Shown: positions 57,361 to 64,000 of the stretch, one piece after another
Position numbering within the stretch: the stretch's first letter is position 1
Layout of the letters: each line of letters begins with the position of its first letter
IMG/VR virus record: IMGVR_UViG_3300021142_000002
Coordinates: 62,001 to 126,000 of that record
Direction: 5' to 3' (one strand)
Length of the DNA stretch: 64,000 bases
The notes under the pieces: generated by a model
Told to the model about the DNA's origin: nothing
The model's input: the letters and a program-made list of their open reading frames with translations, nothing else
Databases searched by the model: none
Position numbers and translations under genes: made by a program

Positions 57361-57847
57361 AAAGGTACTCCAGCTCAGGGTAAATAACTTCAGTGGTTGA
57401 TTTAATAAGGGTAGTTTTACCTCTAGGATAAAGCCTGCACTTTAAGGTAATAGGTACTTGGTTAATGACTTCAATAACAATCATTTCTTTTTGGGTTTTA
57501 GAGCATGTTACTAACATGCCTGGTAAATAGGCTCTATTAAGGTAAGCTTCAATAGTCCTTAAGTAAAGATTAGCTTTATTGCAGAATCGAGTAAAGTTTT
57601 TAGAAGGACTACTTAACTCTTTGATTAAGTTAGGTGACTTATTGTAAGTATTTTTAAACCTACTTTCAGTGACCACTAGAGCTGTATTGAAATACTGTAA
57701 TTGGGTGACTAGATAAATGATTTTTTGAGCACTAGTTACCTCTTTTAGTATTTCTTCTACTCTTCCATCAATGTTAGATGAAAGACCGAAAGCGGATTCA
57801 TAGTCAGTTATTAATGGATTGACCAAAAGTTTAATTGCATTTTTCAT
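57353..57847 (-). CDS. Hypothetical protein (paralog 1 of triad)
   Basis: 164 aa; KANLYLRTIE.Y..AYLPG. Confidence 0.65.
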   Translation of the reverse strand: MKNAIKLLVNPLITDYESAFGLSSNIDGRVEEILKEVTSAQKIIYLVTQLQYFNTALVVTESRFKNTYNKSPNLIKELSSPSKNFTRFCNKANLYLRTIEAYLNRAYLPGMLVTCSKTQKEMIVIEVINQVPITLKCRLYPRGKTTLIKSTTEVIYPELEYLYD

Positions 57848-57877
57848 TTTTTATTTCTCCTTTAATTCATGAAAGTA

Positions 57878-58540
57878 CTAACCTGTTTTATAGACCTTTA
57901 ATTGATTAACAGGAATATTTAAAACATACTCATCTTCTACTGCGGTAATTTGGTTAGTGACTATGCTATAAAGAATGGCATTATCAGATTCAGAATATCT
58001 ATAATACACCACTTTACCAGCATATTGGTGTTTATCATCCGGGCAGTACCAAATTTTATCATCTAAATTAAATGATAAATTAATAGGGGAATTGTTTTCA
58101 GATAGCAATTCCCCCTTAAGTCCCCCATAATGCCATAATCTTAATTGATTTTCACAATCCAATAGAGTAAAATTCACATCATAGTAGAAATCAGTCCCTA
58201 TTCTTTCTATGTTAGTAACAACGCCTTCATAAGTGACATCTTGGGGTAAAACACCACTTCCTTTAAAGGTCGCTAACTGACCTTTAACAAATTTATTAAA
58301 GATAGGTTTAAAGCAGTTATCGGTAGCCATGTAAATATCTTCTTGCAATACTTTAAGTTTTATATCACAGGCTGTGATATTGCCATTGAGTCTTACTGCT
58401 ACTAAATAAATCCATTTATTTAAAAAATCGCTAAAGAAAATTTTTTCTATCTTCCCTCTTAATAATATTCGTTCATTACTATTTTCTTTTTTATTCTCGT
58501 AAAAGAGTATTTCATCATTTACTTTATGTTTTGAACTCAT
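57878..58540 (-). CDS. Three-domain SH3/KOW-like protein
   Basis: KHKVNDEILF, KFVKGQLATF, SFNLDDKIWY repeats. Confidence 0.6.
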   Translation of the reverse strand: MSSKHKVNDEILFYENKKENSNERILLRGKIEKIFFSDFLNKWIYLVAVRLNGNITACDIKLKVLQEDIYMATDNCFKPIFNKFVKGQLATFKGSGVLPQDVTYEGVVTNIERIGTDFYYDVNFTLLDCENQLRLWHYGGLKGELLSENNSPINLSFNLDDKIWYCPDDKHQYAGKVVYYRYSESDNAILYSIVTNQITAVEDEYVLNIPVNQLKVYKTG

Positions 58541-58542
58541 TG

Positions 58543-58601
58543 TTTTCTCCTATTTAATATTAACATCAGATAGATAATATAAATATAAAAAATAATAGAA
58601 C
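58543..58601 (-). promoter_or_regulatory. Early promoter + leader/RBS cassette (copy 2)
   Basis: GTTCTA-N14-TATATTATCT; 36-bp identity with copy 1. Confidence 0.7.
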
Positions 58602-58606
58602 ATAGA

Positions 58607-58638
58607 GGAGTAGGGATAGCCTAGGCTATCCCTACTCC
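58607..58638. repeat. 32-bp perfect palindrome
   Basis: GGAGTAGGGATAGCCT|AGGCTATCCCTACTCC. Confidence 0.85.
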
Positions 58639-58684
58639 ATTTTAGTCTAAGATTACTGAGGATATCCTCAGTGCTCCAGTTGTT

Positions 58685-58858
58685 TTACCAATACATTTCT
58701 GCCATATAACAGTCTTCACAAACATTTAAAGTTTGTTGTTCATCCTTAATGGGTTTAATGATTGGTTTTAAAAGATAAACTTCTCGATGACATAAATCAC
58801 ATGTTAAAGGGAGTATTATAATTTCCTTCTTAGTTTTTTTAGGCTTTAGTAAGTTCAT
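58685..58858 (-). CDS. Small zinc-finger protein (57 aa, not in ORF track)
   Basis: MNLLKPKKTKKEIIILPLTCDLCHREV...VCEDCYMAEMYW; CxxC...CxxC. Confidence 0.55.
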   Translation of the reverse strand: MNLLKPKKTKKEIIILPLTCDLCHREVYLLKPIIKPIKDEQQTLNVCEDCYMAEMYW

Positions 58859-61457
58859 CTTCGGTGTATCTATAAATACAGCCCATTGGCATGACCATTA
58901 CATCATACCAGTTTGCATCAATGCCTTTGAACTTTGATGTACCTCTATTGATAATTGTACCTTCCTGCTTACCCTTATTGAGTACTTGAGAATCTATTTC
59001 AAAAAGGAAAACATTAGTTTCTCTGTGTCGTTCAGTTAGTGTATTGATACCATCCTCTACTGCATTAAGAATAAGGGTGATATCAGGAACTCTTCTTAAT
59101 ACATTAAAAAGACCTGTTAAGATGTCTATATCTTCTTCTAAGCAACGTTCAGTGATTATCCTTGATAACCCTTCAGGTAGAGTAAAACGTTCAGTAGAAC
59201 GCCTTGTATCGCGTTTTACAGTATCCTTTGGAACGATGGCTGTTAACTGACCTTCATAAGCAAAATCAGTGAATTGTAAATCGCCGAGCGATGCCGGATA
59301 AAGATATTCAAAGGCATATTTAAGACTAGATTTGTCAATATCGGTTATCTTTACTTTTCTTTTACCATACATGACTTCTTTACCGACTCTAGGATCTTTA
59401 TAGGGAAAGAGTTCTTCTTCTGCAATACCACTGTAACACCAGCCATCCAAAGCCTTGTTATTAAAGACATCTAAAATAGCATAGAAAAATTTATGCTGTA
59501 GGGATGAATATTCAATCTTAGTTATTTTTACAGGAAGACCTCTGTACAGTACTATATTGCCTGGAACGTAACGAGATTGTCTAGGATGACATTGAGGAAT
59601 TGGGGAAAATACAGGATTATAACTGGTCAGCGGCAATGGCCTAAAGGTCGAATTAATTTCATCATTAATCTTTTCGCATTGGGTCGCAGCCCAAGCTATA
59701 AAATCTAATGTCATTGGCTCCACTACAGTAAGGCTTTCATAACTTACAAGTAAGGGTGGCACAACCATCATATTGGGTGGACGAGAATGTGGTTTTACCA
59801 AAATACCATTGGTTTGATAGATGTCAGTAACCCTTCCTCTAATGGGATGAATCTTAAGTTTGTGTTGAGCTTGTAGATAGGCGAATATGTCTTCTATAAC
59901 TCTATTCCCAGTGACCGGATCTTCTACTAAAAAGAAGACTACTTCATCGTCTATTTTAATCAAAGAATCTATGTGTTCCATAGGCTTATGACATGAAGCT
60001 TTTGCTTCAAGTTTACTCACTACATCCATTACCTCTTCACTTTGTGGGAAAATTAACCAGTCATTAACACTATAGGTGTCACCTAAGAGACTTAATTCTG
60101 GTACCTTATCAATGAGTTTAATCATTGATATGGACTTCTTTTCATCCTTACGCAATATTAGACACTTAACCGGATATACTTCCTTCGTTAAAGAAATAGA
60201 ATCGTTATCTGTTTTGTTTTGCATTTTAATGTCATCCAGCTTTTTTCTGGCTAAATCTAAACTTATTACATCCCATTCAGAAAGGTCAAATGATTCTTTA
60301 AAAATGAAGATAAATCCTTTATCTCCAACTTCTAAAGCAGGTTCTTTATCTTCGCTTAATCTATCTATGCTTCCTTGAGCTAATATTTTACCATGAAAGG
60401 CATTTTCTTTAGTTTCTTCTTCTTCATTCATAAATTCCTCTGCCAATTGTTTATCTACATCAGTTATCTCTTCATCCACAAAGGCAGCAATGGCTACCCT
60501 GGTAATACCTTCATCTTGATATACACTATCAATCCCGCCAGCCCAGATGACAGAATATTTCCATCTGTTAGGTTCAGCACCAATATCGGAGATAGCCTTA
60601 ATAGTGGCCGGCGTATACCCACTAGGTTTAGCGATATTAACCTCATCCCCAATATTAAAGAGAGGATACTCATCACCATCTAGTGTTAAGCAAACGGCCG
60701 ATTTGCTATATTCTTCTGCCTTACTATCGGCAAAGTCCAAATAAACTGTATTGGCAACCATATTAGTTACAATCCTTCTTTCTGGCATCCCATTAGTTGG
60801 GAATAGCCAAACCGTACAACCCACTTCAATATCGTCCCTAGTAGGCTTTCTTAAAGACTGTTCAGAAATTCTACCATATGTGTTTTTACCTCTTTCTAGT
60901 AAATAGACCCACCCTTTGCTTTTATTTGCCATTTCTTCCAGCTTTGTTTTAACAACTGTACAAAGGCCTAGTTTGCTCTTTTTATCATGGTGCAGTACAG
61001 TTTCACCTTGAACAAACTTTGGACCAGATGCCTCGGTTAGAGTTTTTAGCAAAACAGGAGACACTTCAACGATATCGTCATCCTTAACAAATCTTTTTTG
61101 ACCGTTTGGATTGCCATAAGGCTGACAAATATACTCAAAGGAGTAGTGAGATGGGAAGACGTTAACTTTATGCCCAATTACTGTAAGATAGCCAACATTG
61201 TTTTCAACCCGAATTACATTGCCAACAATGCACTTCATTTTTACATGGTCAGCCACTGGTCTAGTTATCCTTATTAGTCTATCTATGTTCACCTGTTTGA
61301 TTGACGTTCTAGGTGTGCCGATATGGTAAATAATCGAGTGGATTATAGCCAGTTTATTAAGTGTGGAATGGATATACCAAGCACCCATTCCATCTTTAAA
61401 CTGAACGACATCACCTTGGACTAAAGGCGGGTTAAAAGGGTATTCAACTTTACTCAT
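58839..61457 (-). CDS. Large multi-SH3/KOW-like repeat protein
   Basis: 872 aa with about nine F/L-x-x-G-D/E-x-V repeats. Confidence 0.6.
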   Translation of the reverse strand: MSKVEYPFNPPLVQGDVVQFKDGMGAWYIHSTLNKLAIIHSIIYHIGTPRTSIKQVNIDRLIRITRPVADHVKMKCIVGNVIRVENNVGYLTVIGHKVNVFPSHYSFEYICQPYGNPNGQKRFVKDDDIVEVSPVLLKTLTEASGPKFVQGETVLHHDKKSKLGLCTVVKTKLEEMANKSKGWVYLLERGKNTYGRISEQSLRKPTRDDIEVGCTVWLFPTNGMPERRIVTNMVANTVYLDFADSKAEEYSKSAVCLTLDGDEYPLFNIGDEVNIAKPSGYTPATIKAISDIGAEPNRWKYSVIWAGGIDSVYQDEGITRVAIAAFVDEEITDVDKQLAEEFMNEEEETKENAFHGKILAQGSIDRLSEDKEPALEVGDKGFIFIFKESFDLSEWDVISLDLARKKLDDIKMQNKTDNDSISLTKEVYPVKCLILRKDEKKSISMIKLIDKVPELSLLGDTYSVNDWLIFPQSEEVMDVVSKLEAKASCHKPMEHIDSLIKIDDEVVFFLVEDPVTGNRVIEDIFAYLQAQHKLKIHPIRGRVTDIYQTNGILVKPHSRPPNMMVVPPLLVSYESLTVVEPMTLDFIAWAATQCEKINDEINSTFRPLPLTSYNPVFSPIPQCHPRQSRYVPGNIVLYRGLPVKITKIEYSSLQHKFFYAILDVFNNKALDGWCYSGIAEEELFPYKDPRVGKEVMYGKRKVKITDIDKSSLKYAFEYLYPASLGDLQFTDFAYEGQLTAIVPKDTVKRDTRRSTERFTLPEGLSRIITERCLEEDIDILTGLFNVLRRVPDITLILNAVEDGINTLTERHRETNVFLFEIDSQVLNKGKQEGTIINRGTSKFKGIDANWYDVMVMPMGCIYRYTEDELTKA

Positions 61458-61678
61458 TTTATTTCCCCTATAGTGTTGTACATTTCATCAACTTGTTCTT
61501 TTGAAGCAGTTTGAATAGTTTTAACATCATCCTCATACTGGGCCTCCATAGCTGCCAGTATTTCTCCTAATGTTTTCCCATCTCCTGTTAATGGGGTTGA
61601 ACGTTTTGGCAGTTCTCTACCTTCTTTATTCATCTTTTCCATTCTTTCGATATGGCGTTGTACTCTTAATGAATACAT
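61454..61678 (-). CDS. Hypothetical early protein
   Basis: 74 aa; GGAG RBS and promoter. Confidence 0.6.
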   Translation of the reverse strand: MYSLRVQRHIERMEKMNKEGRELPKRSTPLTGDGKTLGEILAAMEAQYEDDVKTIQTASKEQVDEMYNTIGEIK

Positions 61679-61719
61679 TTTGCTTCTCCTAAGATTAGTT
61701 TATTGTATTTACTACATGC

Positions 61720-61749
61720 AGATAATATATTTATTAAAAATAGTAGAAT
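61720..61749 (-). promoter_or_regulatory. Early promoter
   Basis: ATTCTA-N14-TATATTATCT. Confidence 0.6.
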
Positions 61750-61775
61750 AGAGCATTAATGCTCTATTCTACTAT
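61740..61775. repeat. 36-bp perfect palindrome
   Basis: ATAGTAGAATAGAGCATT|AATGCTCTATTCTACTAT. Confidence 0.85.
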
Positions 61776-61779
61776 AAAT

Positions 61780-62064
61780 TTAATTAGTGTTTACCGAAGC
61801 CCACGTATCTGTTAACCAAATACTACAATCTTCTTTATTTTTAATGATTAAATAACCATCACTGGTTATTACTTTAACATCATAGCTAAAGTATTTAATT
61901 TTCTTATAGCTACCTGCTAGCCAGTAATAATCAGTTTTAACCTTTAAAATAGTGCCTGCTAAGATATCACCACAGACATTAACATAAACAGGTTGACCTA
62001 CTTTAAATCTCGGAATAAATTTGTTATCTATTAGCCATTGTTTAATTTTACAAATCATGAACAT
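61780..62064 (-). CDS. SH3/KOW-like hypothetical protein
   Basis: PRFKVGQPVYV...GTILKV. Confidence 0.6.
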   Translation of the reverse strand: MFMICKIKQWLIDNKFIPRFKVGQPVYVNVCGDILAGTILKVKTDYYWLAGSYKKIKYFSYDVKVITSDGYLIIKNKEDCSIWLTDTWASVNTN

Positions 62065-62693
62065 TTACTCCATGAACAACTTAAACAGGTTTTACAACCA
62101 TCCATCACAACCACTCCATATTCTCCGCAGGAGGGACATAATAATTTATTGGTGCTAGTACTACCTTTTGTTTTTTCTTCAATGATGGCAATTACATGAG
62201 GTTCTAGGACAGGTTTAATGATCATGTTTAGTTTAGTTAAATGATCTTCAATACAAAGACCAATTTTAGCCACTAAACTAGGCACAAAAACACCTTTCTC
62301 CCAATGCCCACCTTTAGGGTCAAATACATCTTTTAATTCTTTTACTAAGAAACAGATGTCACCACCTTTTCTAAAGACTGCTGAAGCTAGTCGAGTTAAT
62401 GCGATTACCCACTGGAAATGCTCCATGTTTTTAGAGTTAATAAATATCTCATAGGGATGCTTTTGTTCAAACTCAGTACCTTCATTAAGAATGATATCAT
62501 TAATGGTTAAATACAGAGCATGTTCAGACTGAGGTGTTTTAATTTTGTAAGTAGAGCCCGTAAGCATTTCAGGACGTTTAATACTTTCGTTCATGGTATC
62601 AAACTGAGCTGTTTCAGTAACCCCATCGACTGTTTCTGTATTTTTATTTTTTACTGCAAAGCCTACAATTTTCTTAGTAATTTTAGTGGTCAT
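62055..62693 (-). CDS. nrdJb: Class II ribonucleotide reductase C-terminal subunit (NrdJb, TSCPD domain)
   Basis: RPEMLTGSTYKIKTP, PYEIFINSKN, ELKDVFDPKGG, PSLVAKIG; terminal CPSC...CLSC..SKC zinc ribbon. Confidence 0.85.
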   Translation of the reverse strand: MTTKITKKIVGFAVKNKNTETVDGVTETAQFDTMNESIKRPEMLTGSTYKIKTPQSEHALYLTINDIILNEGTEFEQKHPYEIFINSKNMEHFQWVIALTRLASAVFRKGGDICFLVKELKDVFDPKGGHWEKGVFVPSLVAKIGLCIEDHLTKLNMIIKPVLEPHVIAIIEEKTKGSTSTNKLLCPSCGEYGVVVMDGCKTCLSCSWSKCS

Positions 62694-63205
62694 TAAGCGA
62701 TCCTTTTAAATATTTTAAATGCATAGTTAAAGTTAACGGTTTTATCATCAAGAATTAGTTTATCATCTATTAATTCCCAATTATCCATTGAGAAATTAGA
62801 AAAAAAAGTATCTCCTGGCATAAAGGTATTAATACTGGTTAAATATAGGTGAGTAGCCATGTCTATAAAGTAATTATAGATATCAGCACCGCCAATAATC
62901 CATACTTTATCAGCCTCGGTATTCATCGCATAATGCAATGCCATATCTGGATTATTAGTATATTTTACACCCTCTTTTTCACCATATTGAGATCGACTAA
63001 TAACAATATTAGTTCTATTGGGCAAGGCTCTACCAATAGAGTCAAAAGTATGTCTACCCATAATGACAGGATAGCCTGTGGTGAGTTCTTTAAATCGTTT
63101 TAAATCAGCACTGCAGTGCCAGGGTATTTTACCTTCATTACCTATTACATCGCCGTAAGATACGGCTGCAATAATGTTAATTTCTATTTGTCTAGTCGCA
63201 TTCAC
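62693..63205 (-). CDS. folA: Dihydrofolate reductase (GTG start 63205 preferred)
   Basis: IGNEGKIPWHCSADLKRFK, VIMGRHTFDSIGRALPNRTNIVISR, IIGGADIY, GDTFF; GGAG RBS before the GTG. Confidence 0.95.
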   Translation of the reverse strand: MNATRQIEINIIAAVSYGDVIGNEGKIPWHCSADLKRFKELTTGYPVIMGRHTFDSIGRALPNRTNIVISRSQYGEKEGVKYTNNPDMALHYAMNTEADKVWIIGGADIYNYFIDMATHLYLTSINTFMPGDTFFSNFSMDNWELIDDKLILDDKTVNFNYAFKIFKRIA

Positions 63206-63206
63206 T

Positions 63207-64000
63207 CTAATTATCTCCTGGTAATCCAAATTCTTCTCTATAGGGAATATCATCATGCAGTAGCATCGTACTGTTTTTATTCTTTACATACATACCCGTC
63301 ATTTCTAGTACTATATAAAAGCCTGCTACTAACTCTGATACAATTGATCTAATGTTAATGGTGTTAACAAAATCTTTAGGTAATCCACCTTCAAATAATT
63401 CATAAGGCAATAATAGATTGCCACCTAAACCTGTTTTATTATTGACAGCCATCCACTCTTTTAATGGGGTAGAAATAACCACATCTAAACTATCTACCCA
63501 GTTAATAAATTCTCTTTTATTATCAATCTTAGTCGTAATCTTAACGGCTCTGTAAGGGGGCAGTGCAATCTGACCGTATTTATTAGAGAATACTTTCTCC
63601 CATAAGTCATAATGCATATACTTGCTACTCATTGGTTTCTTATAGCTACCAATACCTGATATGTTAACGGTTGATAAATACTCTATTTTACCTTCTTCTA
63701 AAGATCTAGTAATAACATGCTCTAGATTAGCAATCTTTTGCATAAGAGGATAAATGTCAATGCCTTGCCCACTCATTAAACCATCCATGGCTATTTCAAT
63801 AGCACCTTCCAACTTATTCATGATATTCTTAGGTATCTTAGAGTCTTTTAACCCCACCCCTTTAATATCAATCTTAGGTTTTTTATAAACAACACCTTCT
63901 CGACTAGTAATCATTGTTGCATAATGCTTAGCTCTATTTGCCCTCATGTAGATAGCAAAGGCATATTCATTTTTCATTTGCAACGTAAATAACTCATCCT
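63207..64000 (-). CDS. Split family-B DNA polymerase, palm/thumb subunit (phiKZ gp50-like), 5'-truncated by window edge
   Basis: MKNEY..RAKHYA..IDIKGVGLKDS; the frame stays open to base 64000 (DELFTLQMKNE). Confidence 0.8.
   Translation of the reverse strand, partial: DELFTLQMKNEYAFAIYMRANRAKHYATMITSREGVVYKKPKIDIKGVGLKDSKIPKNIMNKLEGAIEIAMDGLMSGQGIDIYPLMQKIANLEHVITRSLEEGKIEYLSTVNISGIGSYKKPMSSKYMHYDLWEKVFSNKYGQIALPPYRAVKITTKIDNKREFINWVDSLDVVISTPLKEWMAVNNKTGLGGNLLLPYELFEGGLPKDFVNTINIRSIVSELVAGFYIVLEMTGMYVKNKNSTMLLHDDIPYREEFGLPGDN

Noticed and set aside
22049-63205. Uracil-substituted genome as in some AT-rich jumbo phages
   Set aside because: dUTPase and DHFR favour dTTP synthesis; nothing here indicates dU DNA
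679-63352. Short 60-128-aa ORFs antisense or nested within long genes (e.g. 679-861, 5122-5508, 30739-31005, 42965-43279, 48179-48397, 60076-60378)
   Set aside because: Shadow frames of well-supported genes, with no RBS or motif support
1-64000. Alternative genetic code (stop-codon reassignment)
   Set aside because: Conserved genes are full-length under the standard code and coding density is high

Overview
This window comes from an AT-rich, nucleus-forming jumbo phage (phiKZ-like, Chimalliviridae). The call rests on a chimallin (ChmA) shell gene at 47772-49757 and the phiKZ-type core block. That block holds the non-virion RNA polymerase (nvRNAP) beta'/beta subunits, a gp68-like specificity factor, likely PicA and ChmC (by synteny), an SbcD/Mre11 nuclease and an SF2 helicase. 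Also present are a virion RNAP beta' subunit, two halves of a split family-B DNA polymerase, virion/baseplate/internal-head proteins, nucleotide-metabolism genes (dut, folA, nrdJb, dNMP kinase, two Nudix) and an accessory region of small early genes. Main result: the 1.5 kb ORF-less gap at 44438-45929 resolves into three tandem ORF-less group I introns in the catalytic region of the nvRNAP beta' gene. Predicted splicing gives an intact 482-aa protein whose NAD-YDG-D motif needs a 9-nt microexon. Other unexplained signals: a bipartite early-promoter motif (ATTCAA-N14-TAYATTATCT), twelve 26-36 bp perfect palindromes that all have a TpA centre, eight small membrane-protein ORFs (seven missed by the ORF track), and candidate structured ncRNAs. 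phiKZ gene-number equivalences come from recalled motifs and synteny, not from a database search. No tRNA, rRNA or CRISPR array was seen.
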